Made by a program: the position numbers and the translations under genes. Below the pieces are notes generated by a model, which had not been told where the DNA came from, ran no database searches, and worked only from the letters and a program-made list of their open reading frames with translations. From Macrostomum lignano (lineage: Eukaryota), in NCBI GenBank assembly GCA_002269645.1, contig NIVC01002635.1, forward strand, positions 62,001 to 126,000: a stretch of DNA of 64,000 nucleotides. The letters run 5' to 3'. Below are positions 46,801 through 59,869 of this stretch, one piece after another (the first letter of the stretch is position 1; every line of letters starts with the position of its first letter).

Positions 46801-49800
46801 GTGAGCAGATGAGGATAATTGGCTACTCAGGGTCTGGTGGGGCAGCTGATGGCTGGAGATGAGAGTCAGGTGAGCAGATGAGGATAATTGGCTACTCAGG
46901 GTCTGGTGGGGCAGCTGATGGCTGAGATGAGGATAATTGGCTACTCAGGGTCTGGTGGGGCAGCTGATGGCTGGAGATGAGAGTCAGGTGAGCAGATGAG
47001 GATAATTGGCTACTCAGGGTCTGGTGGGGCAGCTGATGGCTGGAGATGAGAGTCAGGTGAGCAGATGAGGATAATTGGCTACTCAGGGTCTGGTGGGGCA
47101 GCTGATGGCTGGAGATGAGAGTCAGGTGAGCAGATGAGGATAATTGGCTACTCAGGGTCTGGTGGGGCAGCTGATGGCTGGAGATGAGAGTCAGGTGAGC
47201 AGATGAGGATAATTGGCTACTCAGGGTCTGGTGGGGCAGCTGATGGCTGGAGATGAGAGTCAGGTGAGCAGATGAGGATAATTGGCTACTCAGGGTCTGG
47301 TGGGGCAGCTGATGGCTGGAGATGAGAGTCAGGTGAGCAGATGAGGATAATTGGCTACTCAGGGTCTGGTGGGGCAGCTGATGGCTGGAGATGAGAGTCA
47401 GGTGAGCAGATGAGGATAATTGGCTACTCAGGGTCTGGTGGGGCAGCTGATGGCTGGAGATGAGAGTCAGGTGAGCAGATGAGGATAATTGGCTACTCAG
47501 GGTCTGGTGGGGCAGCTGATGGCTGGAGATGAGAGTCAGGTGAGCAGATGAGGATAATTGGCTACTCAGGGTCTGGTGGGGCAGCTGATGGCTGGAGATG
47601 AGAGTCAGGTGAGCAGATGAGGATAATTGGCTACTCAGGGTCTGGTGGGGCAGCTGATGGCTGGAGATGAGAGTCAGGTGAGCAGATGAGGATAATTGGC
47701 TACTCAGGGTCTGGTGGGGCAGCTGATGAGAGTCAGGAGCAGATGAGGATAATTGGCTACTCAGGGTCTGGTGGGGCAGCTGATGGCTGGAGATGAGAGT
47801 CAGGTGAGCAGATGAGGATAATTGGCTACTCAGGGTCTGGTGGGGCAGCTGATGGCGGAGATGAGGATAATTGGCTACTCAGGGTCTGGTGGGGCAGCTG
47901 ATGGCTGGAGATGAGAGTCAGGTGAGCAGATGAGGATAATTGGCTACTCAGGGTCTGGTGGGGCAGCTGATGGCTGGAGATGAGAGTCAGGTGAGCAGAT
48001 GAGGATAATTGGCTACTCAGGGTCTGGTGGGGCAGCTGATGGCTGGAGATGAGAGTCAGGTGAGCAGATGAGGATAATTGGCTACTCAGGGTCTGGTGGG
48101 GCAGCTGATGGCTGGAGATGAGAGTCAGGTGAGCAGATGAGGATAATTGGCTACTCAGGGTCTGGTGGGGCAGCTGATGGCTGGAGATGAGAGTCAGGTG
48201 AGCAGATGAGGATAATTGGCTACTCAGGGTCTGGTGGGGCAGCTGATGGCTGGAGATGAGAGTCAGGTGAGCAGATGAGGATAATTGGCTACTCAGGGTC
48301 TGGTGGGGCAGCTGATGGCTGGAGATGAGAGTCAGGTGAGCAGATGAGGATAATTGGCTACTCAGGGTCTGGTGGGGCAGCTGATGGCGGAGATGAGGAT
48401 AATTGGCTACTCAGGGTCTGGTGGGGCAGCTGATGGCTGGAGATGAGAGTCAGGTGAGCAGATGAGGATAATTGGCTACTCAGGGTCTGGTGGGGCAGCT
48501 GATGGCTGGAGATGAGAGTCAGGTGAGCAGATGAGGATAATTGGCTACTCAGGGTCTGGTGGGGCAGCTGATGGCAGGAGATGAGGATAATTGGCTACTC
48601 AGGGTCTGGTGGGGCAGCTGATGGCTGGAGATGAGAGTCAGGTGAGCAGATGAGGATAATTGGCTACTCAGGGTCTGGTGGGGCAGCTGATGGCTGGAGA
48701 TGAGAGTCAGGTGAGCAGATGAGGATAATTGGCTACTCAGGGTCTGGTGGGGCAGCTGATGGCTGGAGATGAGAGTCAGGTGAGCAGATGAGGATAATTG
48801 GCTACTCAGGGTCTGGTGGGGCAGCTGATGGCTGGAGATGAGAGTCAGGTGAGCAGATGAGGATAATTGGCTACTCAGGGTCTGGTGGGGCAGCTGATGG
48901 CTGGAGATGAGAGTCAGGTGAGCAGATGAGGATAATTGGCTACTCAGGGTCTGGTGGGGCAGCTGATGGCTGGAGATGAGAGTCAGGTGAGCAGATGAGG
49001 ATAATTGGCTACTCAGGGTCTGGTGGGGCAGCTGATGGCTGGAGATGAGAGTCAGGTGAGCAGATGAGGATAATTGGCTACTCAGGGTCTGGTGGGGCAG
49101 CTGATGGCTGGAGATGAGAGTCAGGTGAGCAGATGAGGATAATTGGCTACTCAGGGTCTGGTGGGGCAGCTGATGGCTGGAGATGAGAGTCAGGTGAGCA
49201 GATGAGGATAATTGGCTACTCAGGGTCTGGTGGGGCAGCTGATGGCTGGAGATGAGAGTCAGGTGAGCAGATGAGGATAATTGGCTACTCAGGGTCTGGT
49301 GGGGCAGCTGATGGCTGGAGATGAGAGTCAGGTGAGCAGATGAGGATAATTGGCTACTCAGGGTCTGGTGGGGCAGCTGATGGCTGGAGATGAGAGTCAG
49401 GTGAGCAGATGAGGATAATTGGCTACTCAGGGTCTGGTGGGGCAGCTGATGGCTGGAGATGAGAGTCAGGTGAGCAGATGAGGATAATTGGCTACTCAGG
49501 GTCTGGTGGGGCAGCTGATGGCTGGAGATGAGAGTCAGGTGAGCAGATGAGGATAATTGGCTACTCAGGGTCTGGTGGGGCAGCTGATGGCTGGAGATGA
49601 GAGTCAGGTGAGCAGATGAGGATAATTGGCTACTCAGGGTCTGGTGGGGCAGCTGATGGCTGGAGATGAGAGTCAGGTGAGCAGATGAGGATAATTGGCT
49701 ACTCAGGGTCTGGTGGGGCAGCTGATGGCTGGAGATGAGAGTCAGGTGAGCAGATGAGGATAATTGGCTACTCAGGGTCTGGTGGGGCAGCTGATGGCTG

Positions 49801-52064
49801 GAGATGAGAGTCAGGTGAGCAGATGAGGATAATTGGCTACTCAGGGTCTGGTGGGGCAGCTGATGGCTGGAGATGAGAGTCAGGTGAGCAGATGAGGATA
49901 ATTGGCTACTCAGGGTCTGGTGGGGCAGCTGATGGCTGGAGATGAGAGTCAGGTGAGCAGATGAGGATAATTGGCTACTCAGGGTCTGGTGGGGCAGCTG
50001 ATGGCTGGAGATGAGAGTCAGGTGAGCAGATGAGGATAATTGGCTACTCAGGGTCTGGTGGGGCAGCTGATGGCTGGAGATGAGAGTCAGGTGAGCAGAT
50101 GAGGATAATTGGCTACTCAGGGTCTGGTGGGGCAGCTGATGGCGGAGATGAGGATAATTGGCTACTCAGGGTCTGGTGGGGCAGCTGATGGCTGGAGATG
50201 AGAGTCAGGTGAGCAGATGAGGATAATTGGCTACTCAGGGTCTGGTGGGGCAGCTGATGGCTGGAGATGAGAGTCAGGTGAGCAGATGAGGATAATTGGC
50301 TACTCAGGGTCTGGTGGGGCAGCTGATGGCTGGAGATGAGAGTCAGGTGAGCAGATGAGGATAATTGGCTACTCAGGGTCTGGTGGGGCAGCTGATGGCT
50401 GGAGATGAGAGTCAGGTGAGCAGATGAGGATAATTGGCTACTCAGGGTCTGGTGGGGCAGCTGATGGCTGGAGATGAGAGTCAGGTGAGCAGATGAGGAT
50501 AATTGGCTACTCAGGGTCTGGTGGGGCAGCTGATGGCTGGAGATGAGAGTCAGGTGAGCAGATGAGGATAATTGGCTACTCAGGGTCTGGTGGGGCAGCT
50601 GATGGCTGGAGATGAGAGTCAGGTGAGCAGATGAGGATAATTGGCTACTCAGGGTCTGGTGGGGCAGCTGATGGGCGGAGATGAGGATAATTGGCTACTC
50701 AGGGTCTGGTGGGGCAGCTGATGGCTGGAGATGAGAGTCAGGTGAGCAGATGAGGATAATTGGCTACTCAGGGTCTGGTGGGGCAGCTGATGGCTGGAGA
50801 TGAGAGTCAGGTGAGCAGATGAGGATAATTGGCTACTCAGGGTCTGGTGGGGCAGCTGATGGCTGGAGATGAGAGTCAGGTGAGCAGATGAGGATAATTG
50901 GCTACTCAGGGTCTGGTGGGGCAGCTGATGGCTGGAGATGAGAGTCAGGTGAGCAGATGAGGATAATTGGCTACTCAGGGTCTGGTGGGGCAGCTGATGG
51001 CTGGAGATGAGAGTCAGGTGAGCAGATGAGGATAATTGGCTACTCAGGGTCTGGTGGGGCAGCTGATGGCTGGAGATGAGAGTCAGGTGAGCAGATGAGG
51101 ATAATTGGCTACTCAGGGTCTGGTGGGGCAGCTGATGGCTGGAGATGAGAGTCAGGTGAGCAGATGAGGATAATTGGCTACTCAGGGTCTGGTGGGGCAG
51201 CTGATGGCTGGAGATGAGAGTCAGGTGAGCAGATGAGGATAATTGGCTACTCAGGGTCTGGTGGGGCAGCTGATGGCTGGAGATGAGAGTCAGGTGAGCA
51301 GATGAGGATAATTGGCTACTCAGGGTCTGGTGGGGCAGCTGATGGCTGGAGATGAGAGTCAGGTGAGCAGATGAGGATAATTGGCTACTCAGGGTCTGGT
51401 GGGGCAGCTGATGGCTGGAGATGAGAGTCAGGTGAGCAGATGAGGATAATTGGCTACTCAGGGTCTGGTGGGGCAGCTGATGGCTGGAGATGAGAGTCAG
51501 GTGAGCAGATGAGGATAATTGGCTACTCAGGGTCTGGTGGGGCAGCTGATGGCTGGAGATGAGAGTCAGGTGAGCAGATGAGGATAATTGGCTACTCAGG
51601 GTCTGGTGGGGCAGCTGATGGCTGGAGATGAGAGTCAGGTGAGCAGATGAGGATAATTGGCTACTCAGGGTCTGGTGGGGCAGCTGATGGCTGGAGATGA
51701 GAGTCAGGTGAGCAGATGAGGATAATTGGCTACTCAGGGTCTGGTGGGGCAGCTGATGGCTGGAGATGAGAGTCAGGTGAGCAGATGAGGATAATTGGCT
51801 ACTCAGGGTCTGGTGGGGCAGCTGATGGCTGGAGATGAGTCAGGTGAGCAGATGAGGATAATTGGCTACTCAGGGTCTGGTGGGGCAGCTGATGGCTGGA
51901 GATGAGAGTCAGGTGAGCAGATGAGGATAATTGGCTACTCAGGGTCTGGTGGGGCAGCTGATGGCTGGAGATGAGAGTCAGGTGAGCAGATGAGGATAAT
52001 TGGCTACTCAGGGTCTGGTGGGGCAGCTGATGGCTGGAGATGAGAGTCAGGTGAGCAGAGGATA
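34861..52064. repeat. 69-bp satellite array, about 250 copies (~17.2 kb)
   Basis: Unit GAGGATAATTGGCTACTCAGGGTCTGGTGGGGCAGCTGATGGCTGGAGATGAGAGTCAGGTGAGCAGAT; period checked at 41111 and 41180. Scattered ~50-bp deletion variants. Confidence 0.98.
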
Positions 52065-52389
52065 ACCAAAAGGTTTAGAAACTGGAGGCAAAGAGATGGA
52101 AGAATGCCGCAATTATTTTATGGCACTTTCAACTGTAGCCATGACAATTTTAATCGAGAAAGAAGAAAGAAGCTGCTTTCTTGTGCGTCATGCTGTGACT
52201 CAATTTCATTCGTCGTTTGGCCCTTTAAACTTGCATTCTCACAGCACAATCCCGTGCGCAAAAAAGCAACTCAAATGAACGCAGAAAGATTCGGACTGCA
52301 CTGCTCAGTTCGAAATTCTCCGAGCTGCACTTGCGCATTGAGTAAACTGCATTGCTGCACTCTTGTGAACGCTCAGGAGGGTATATTGA

Positions 52390-52752
52390 AGAGGAGAGGA
52401 GAGGAGAGGAGAGGAGAGGAGAGGAGAGGAGAGGAGAGGAGAGGAGAGGAGAGGAGAGGAGAGGAGAGGAGAGGAGAGGAGAGGAGAGGAGAGGAGAGAG
52501 GAGAGGAGAGGAGAGGAGAGGAGAGGAGAGGAGAGGAGAGGAGAGGAGAGGAGAGGAGAGGAGAGGAGAGGAGAGGAGAGGAGAGGAGAGGAGAGGAGAG
52601 GAGAGGAGAGGAGAGGAGAGAGAGAGGAGAGGAGAGGAGAGGAGAGGAGAGGAGAGGAGAGGAGAGGAGAGGAGAGGAGAGGAGAGGAGAGGAGAGGAGA
52701 GGAGAGGAGAGGAGAGGAGAGGAGAGGAGAGGAGAGGAGAGGAGAGGAGAGA
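52390..52752. repeat. (GAGAG)n microsatellite, paralog of 18714-19730
   Basis: Direct observation. Confidence 0.97.
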
Positions 52753-53421
52753 AAATGAATAACCTACAAAAATTAAAGCAAAAATATTTTCTCATCAAAC
52801 TTCAAATGAAATTTCTTTCCAGTTAGAATTTCGTTAGCCCTGGAGTGAGCTTGAGTTGTTTTATATTTAGACCACTGCAGCTGCCACAGCTGCACACTAG
52901 AAAGAGAACTTCAGTTTTGCCTGCAAAATCTGCGAGCACCTCGAACGCACACCTGGCAGGTGCGCACCGCACTTTAAAGCTAAAACAGAGGAAATTTGTA
53001 AAACTGGACATGCAAGCAACTGGGGCTTGACGCAATAACCAATGACAGTCGCTCCTAAGCTATCATTTTGACAGACTGCGTCTCCACAGTGCCCAGTGTC
53101 TAGAAAAAGATATTGGCTGAGTTGGACATTGTGTCGAAGCTCAAGGGATCTAACAAAAAGATTTCGGAGAGTTGTAAACATCAATGGCTTATATGCTCGG
53201 GCAGTGAGCACGCTAAAGGGGCTGCACTCAGCAGTACTTGCTGCTGGACCACAAGAGGGTTGGGGCAGCAAAGAGGAGCATTGTGCTCTCGCATATGTTA
53301 TTTAACAAAAACTCTAAGCGGAAACAGAGTTTACAATTGTATGAGCCTGAATACTTGATGATCGATTTATTGAATAATTATTTATTTGCATTTGATAAAA
53401 TCATAAAATGGCTTCGGATGC

Positions 53422-53577
53422 TGGGTAATGATGCAACGCATTGGGATTTGGGCTGATACGCATGGGATATTGGGTAATGATGCAACGCATTGGGATTTGG
53501 GCTGATACGCATGGGATATTGGGTAATGATGCAATGCATTGGGATTTGGGCTGATACGCATGGGATATTGGGTAATG
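53422..53577. repeat. 49-bp tandem repeat, ~3 copies
   Basis: Unit starts at 53422, 53471, 53520 and 53569; a degenerate counterpart lies at ~21170-21300. Confidence 0.9.
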
Positions 53578-53794
53578 GTGCAAGACCTTTAAGCAGTTAA
53601 TTACTCGTTTTTTTCATATTTTATACATACTGAACTTATGTTGCAGGTTAAAACAATTAGAGGGCAGGTTAAAAAACCCTGATAAACTGATACCACAAAA
53701 TAAGCTTGGCATCATACAAAAACGTTGCAAGTTTCCAGTTTGGGGAGCAACTATGCGAACTCTTATTTAGTCAGATTTTGTCAATAACTCTGTG

Positions 53795-56597
53795 TCACCA
53801 ATTCGCTGCACAAAGCTCTAGAAGCTCCACTGCACTACTGCTGTGTCTTCTTTGTGCAGCAGCTGCTGTCCCTTTGTGCAGCAGCGAGGTGAGGTACAGG
53901 TTCAGCGCCAGGTTGCTGCCCGCCAGGTTCGCATCGAAGCTGCCCAAACACCTGGGACACCTGGCCTCTAAAGTGTGTCCCAAGAACTCCGACACCAGAG
54001 ACTCCTCACCGCACAGCGGGCACCTGTACATGCATGTCTGCAGACCCTTCAGTGAGGCAAACAGCTTTTCAGCGACGCCCGGTCCGCGCTCTTTGAAGGC
54101 GGCTCTCTCGGCCTCAGTCAGCTGCTCCTCGGTCCAGAACACATCGATGAACTTCATCCTGAGCACGGCTGCGCTCTGCACTCTGAAGAAGCCGCCGTCG
54201 CCCCAGCCGGAGCCCCACGAGTTCATCAGCCTCAGGCTGTGTCTGTCGAAGCTCATCAGCACCACCGCGTGTCCGAGCAGCTCAGAGTCTCCCTGAGCTC
54301 CGAGTCCACCGGTGAGGTCGGCCTGAGTGAGAATGCCTTCGGGATTCTGCTTGAAGAACTGCTTGAAGCTTCCCCACTCGCTCTTAGTGAGGTAGAACCT
54401 CGCCACGACTGGCCGCTTGGCGATGACGGCGTCCAGCGCGGCTCTCTCATCGACCTCCTTGCACTGCAGCCGGTACTCCGGACACACTGTCCGCAGCACC
54501 TCGACTGTGCGGGCTCTGCGCTGTCCGAACTGAGCGACGATCTCGTCTCTGAGCTGGAAGAAGTCCGGATATCCGCCGTCCCGACCCACAACCCTGAGCA
54601 TGCTCAGGTGCATGGCGGTCGCCGACGCGACTGCATAGCAGGTGAGCTCCGACTGTCGCTGCGGCTCGAAGCCCTCGTTGGCCCTGTTGATGTACAGGTC
54701 GAGGTCCACGTCGGCCAGCACGTCCGACAGCGCGTCCTGCGAGCACACGCAGCTCTTGGCGATGTCGCAGACCTCATCGATGAGGTCGGGGTGATTGATC
54801 TGGAAGAACAGTCGGGTCTCATTGTTGTCGGTGTCGATTGTCCAACCCTTTCGGATAAACAGGGTTCTGGGAACCTTCTGGGTGGAGACTGTCGAGGCCA
54901 TGTGGAACATAAATTCAGCAGGTCGATCCCAGCCGCTGTCGATAGTGCTGTAGAGCCGTCGCGGGTCAGAGATGTCTGTGTCCGTGATGAAGCAGGACAC
55001 GACCGTCACCCCGAGGTTGTGCAGTTCCTGTCGCATCTCAGTGTCACTGCTGCCGCTGCTGTCCGCCGGCTCTCCATCAGAAAGGATGAAGAGCAGCTTG
55101 AACTCAGTTTTGTGTTCCTCGCTACAAAAAATATTTTTCGACTTTTCGAGAGCCTCCATCAGCGGGGTGCCTCCGTAGATGAAGGGCTCGATGGTGTCCA
55201 GGAGCTCCGTGATTCGCTGGTCAGTCAGCTCAGCGTCTTCGTTACAGGAGCGCAGGATTTTCTGAGCTTCATCTGGGGCAAAGACTGACAAAGGAGTCAG
55301 TGCAGTGAGATTTGCAGTGAGATTTTTCGTCAGTGCTCTGAGATGTTCAGCCAGTGCAGTGAGATTTCTACTCAATTGCCTCAGCTCATTCTCCGCTCTC
55401 ATACTTTCTGCCTCTTCTTGACGTCGAAATTTTGCTTTAAGGTAGTCTTCACATTTGTTCACAACATCTTTTAATTTAGATTCCGTCCAATACAATGGCT
55501 CCTTAGCATTGGACATATAACCATAATAAAATACAGAAGTGGATCTCGCGGCTTCACTCTTCACGCGATAAGTTCGGCACTCTTCAGGCAGAAAATCATT
55601 AACAACAATTTGTTTAAATTCAGAGTCGTTTTTCAGAGCGTCCAGAAACACGCAGGCTGTTTTTTTGTCTCTTATATTCCTGTCCACCATGTTCTTCGGC
55701 GCCCAAAGTCGAACTCTCGGTGCGCCACTGGACTCAAGGATGGAGAGAGCTCGGTTAATGATATATTGCTTTGAAGAAGATTCTAGCATTTCTGCGAGTA
55801 TTCGGTCTTCATACTCCTGCTTCTTTCTTCTGGCCTCATCTTCCAGCTCTTGCTTTCTGTTGTCCAGCTCTTGCTTTATCATCTCCAGCTCCTGCTTTTT
55901 GCTCTCCAGCTCTTCCCGTTTTCTCTGCCCAGCCTCCAGTGAGGCCAAGATGTCGAACACTTCAGGCTGTGACTCGGCTCCCACGCCGCCCAGGAACACC
56001 TGGTTGGTCGGTGACACGTCGTGCTCGACCAGCTGGTCGGCCACCTGGAAGATGGAGCGGACCCACTTGTTCTTCGATGCGTAGCTGGCCGCGCCCGCTG
56101 CCTGCTGGCAGTCGAAGCTGCGCTGCATGGAGCCGGAGACGTCCAGCAGAGCTCCGGTGAGCACCGACCTCACGTGACGCTCCTGCAGTAGCGGTGAAAA
56201 GTTCAGCTTTAAGCTACATACACTAAAAATTGCGGTTACATCAAGCTCAGCCTTAGATGCACAACTTTGTAGCTAAAATGTGTGTTCAGTATCTGAGATT
56301 GGTTTAGAATATGAAAAATTGATTCGCTCGTTGTATAACTATATGATTGCAATTCATAAACTCGAAAAAGGTGCTTCTGAACCCATTTCCTTTTTCTTAT
56401 AATGTTATATTTATTATCTCGTTTAAATATCTGACACAAATTATTTTTGTTGCAATATAAATACACTTAATGAATTTGGAATATATAGGAGTTATGATAA
56501 TGAAAAATAATTTATCCTTTTCCAGAGAGGAAGAACAGCGAGTGAATTCTGGACACAGCATTTTTTTGGAAAGCAGAAATTTCCAGCAGCTTACCAT
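53795..56597 (-). CDS. Split-VWA / coiled-coil / C1A protease / Zn-ribbon protein, paralog 3 (~796 aa)
   Basis: ATG 56597-56595; intron 56594-56183; exon 2 56182-53795. Catalytic and MIDAS motifs intact (CPLC...CPRC). The C-terminal tail is extended by a late frameshift. Confidence 0.85.
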
Positions 56598-56910
56598 TGA
56601 GAATCCAGTTCTGCTTTTTCTCGAGTTGTGGCTGCCCTTGAAGAAGACAACTAAATTAATTTAAATTGTGTATTAATTTTTTATCGCAACTGATGAAAAA
56701 ATCAATATTCAAGAAAGCGACATATCGTAAAAATAGAAAAAAACATTTCCATTCTGCTTCTGGCAGAAAATATTTAATGCTCGTAGTATACTTCTTTTAG
56801 CAAACCATTTGTTTTATTGTTTTTAAGTTAAAATATCCGGAAAAATTATTCAGAATTTAAAACTATACAATGTACTGGTTGTCCGAGCCTGAGCGAGCGC
56901 TGACGAATGA

Positions 56911-57668
56911 CCTTCACCTCACTATGCAGCATTGCATCACTCGCCTTCACCTCACTAATGCAGCATTGCATCACTCGCCTTCACCTCACTAATGCAGCAT
57001 TGCATCACTCGCCTTCACCTCACTAATGCAGCATTGCATCACTCGCCTTCACCTCACTAATGCAGCATTGCATCACTCGCCTTCACCTCACTAATGCAGC
57101 ATTGCATCACTCGCCTTCACCTCACTAATGCAGCATTGCATCACTCGACTTCACCTCACTAATGCAGCATTGCATCACTCGCCTTCACCTCACTAATGCA
57201 GCATTGCATCACTCGCCTTCACCTCACTAATGCAGCATTGCATCACTCGACTTCACCTCACTAATGCAGCATTGCATCACTCGACTTCACCTCACTAATG
57301 CAGCATTGCATCACTCGACTTCACCTCACTAATGCAGCATTGCATCACTCGCCTTCACCTCACTAATGCAGCATTGCATCACTCGCCTTCACCTCACTAA
57401 TGCAGCATTGCATCACTCGCCTTCACCTCACTAATGCAGCATTGCATCACTCGCCTTCACCTCACTAATGCAGCATTGCATCACTCGCCTTCACCTCACT
57501 AATGCAGCATTGCATCACTCGACTTCACCTCACTAATGCAGCATTGCATCACTCGCCTTCACCTCACTAATGCAGCATTGCATCACTCGCCTTCACCTCA
57601 CTAATGCAGCATTGCATCACTCGACTTCACCTCACTAATGCAGCATTGCATCACTCGCCTTCACCTCA
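56911..57668. repeat. 34-bp minisatellite, about 22 copies
   Basis: Period checked at 56941 and 56975; each unit contains the palindrome AATGC-A-GCATT. Confidence 0.96.
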
Positions 57669-58780
57669 TCAATTCATCATGTACATCATTCACGCTGGCA
57701 TGCTAAGTGTTGCTAGTGGTCCTTGAGTTTGACCAGAAGATTTTCCAACAAATAAAACTCATTTCTGCAGAAAACTTAACGCACTTTCTAATGAGAAAAT
57801 CGCGCAAAAGATTTTGTTGAACAATGTCTGTTGCAGCTGGCAACTTGAAGCTCGAAGTGCTGACAAGAACATGAGCCGACAGTAAAATCAACTGAGTGAG
57901 CGGCCTCAAGGGCTCATCTCGTGCCCGTGTCGCAGAGGCTCTGCACAGACATTCGCTGAATCAGAGAGCGCTAAAATATGCAGTAAATCTGCTTGCCAAC
58001 ACTGAGTGGCCGCGTGAAGTGGTCAATTCCATCCTGCCTTGAATGCATTGCCAGCCAATGCAACTGCTCAAATCAGCAAAAGCTGAGGATTCGACCCCGG
58101 TCTCAGCCAATACGGAGCAGTTATGAACAAAATATCTCCCATGCGAAAATGATATATAGCTCTCTGCAGGTGTCAGGGCAGAGGAACGAGTTAGCCGGTA
58201 AAGGCACAGCTGTAATGGGGCGCTGTTTTCGGTCGCTATCAAGCAGAAAGTTTTGATCACGGTTAACACAAACGAAAGAATTTTAAGTACATTTAAAATA
58301 CATTTCAGTAGAAGTCAATACGCAATGCTATTTTCATCCACTGCAAATAAAAGTACATGTAATCCGAACACACTTTATAAACCACTTGCAGTCATGGCAG
58401 GTTCCATTCACTGAACGTTGCTTTACAAATTTACAAGTCAGTCCCAGTTACAAGTAAATGCACAATACAACTGCGATCCACAGAGATGCATTCGGGCAAA
58501 AAAGCACATTGCATTGTAAAAGTACACTCACTATTAAAGTTCACTCGCTATAAAAGTACACTCACAGTACAGGCCGCTCAAATGGCAGCGGAGGCGGCGC
58601 GCATCTACAAAGCATCGCGCAGCTCGGCAGTAGAGGCGCAGACTTCTGCCTCTGCGCCTCAGGCGGCCTGGTCTCCGCTCGGCGCAGCTTGATGCTATCC
58701 AGCAGCTCCGCCTCATCCTGGAGCGCCAGGTCGACCGGGCCCAGCCAGCTGCGGAAGCGGCGCTGCTGCAAGTGACTTGG

Positions 58781-58861
58781 CTGGAAAGCTGCGACTCTGA
58801 TTGGAAATCTGCGACTCTGGTTGGAAATCTGCGACTCTGGTTGGAAATCTGCGACTCTGAT
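58781..58861. repeat. 20-bp tandem repeat TTGGAAATCTGCGACTCTGG, ~4 copies
   Basis: Direct observation. Confidence 0.85.
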
Positions 58862-59869
58862 CTAGCATGACTTATTGATAAATAACTACCATGACTTATT
58901 GATTTTTAATGTTTAAGGGTCTCCAACCCAGCTACATGTATGCATAAGCTAGGGATACCATCGATCAATTAGTAGTATAAATTGGCATTTTATTGTTATT
59001 AGTTGTAGCACGTACTAAGACGGAGCCATCAAATATATTTATACAGAGCTACCTCTCATTTATTCAAAATCTGATTGCCTAATGATTGTCTTAGTATGAA
59101 TGATGATCATCGAAAGCTGAGAGGGTTAATAATTGTTATTCACATGTAATTTCTTGTTTTGCTGACGACTAGAAACTTAAATTCATATAGAAGGTCGAAA
59201 TGCAGTCTTTGAAGCCTCAGCAGTCAGCAGCTCGGCTGTGACTGACGCCCCATCGGATTTGCCAATCACACCGAGCTTTTTCTTGATTACGTGAAATTTT
59301 GGAAGCAATTATGATTAGCACCTGCATCGGCCGATGCAGTGGGGGAGAAGCTTCAGCTTCGCAGCGTCCAAAGTCTGTCATGAGCATAGCAGTGAGACTG
59401 CATAGCAGCAAATGCAGAAGTTTTGACACCCTGAATGTCTCCCTGCTGCACTGCTGCTCAGATCGGCTTATCTGAGTCCACGATCTGCGGTCAGACAGGG
59501 ACTGCGATAACCCTGTGTGCAGCGGTAGTGAAAAGCCCGCCAAGAGAAAAGTAAGAGAGGGGCAGTGCAGGTGGGCATGACAACCAACCCTGAGTCTACG
59601 AGGGCAACCAAAAGAAACGGTTTCCACAAAACATTCACTGGCGTCTTGGCTGCTGTTTTCATTTTGCGACAGACTTTCCTGATACGAGCGGCACACGCGG
59701 CACAGTGAGGGACCAGACGGAATTTCGGACTTCGGAACTTCGAACGTGAAACGAACGTACATTGAGCTGCCTCACTGGCTCTGCGCATTGGATCTGCATA
59801 AAGGCTGTGGAACTCAAATTTCAGTTAAAGTTGCTCCGGCTCTGTAAGCACTTAAAAGCAGAAGTAAAA

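Larger units (their letters stand above)
11521..57668. other. Tandem segmental duplication: units A ~11521-21540, B ~21540-53830, C ~53830-57668 (partial)
   Basis: Same order in A and B: gene, 34-bp repeat, 10-bp repeat, relic, 45-bp repeat, 69-bp repeat, GAGAG, shared unique spacers. C shares the gene, intron and 34-bp repeat. Confidence 0.9.

Noticed and set aside
34861-52064. Stop-free minus-strand frame (SAHLTLISSHQLPHQTLSSQLSS)n, and a possible CRISPR-like array
   Set aside because: No start codon, and frame-breaking 50-bp variants occur. Units are contiguous without unique spacers, there are no cas genes, and the context is eukaryotic.
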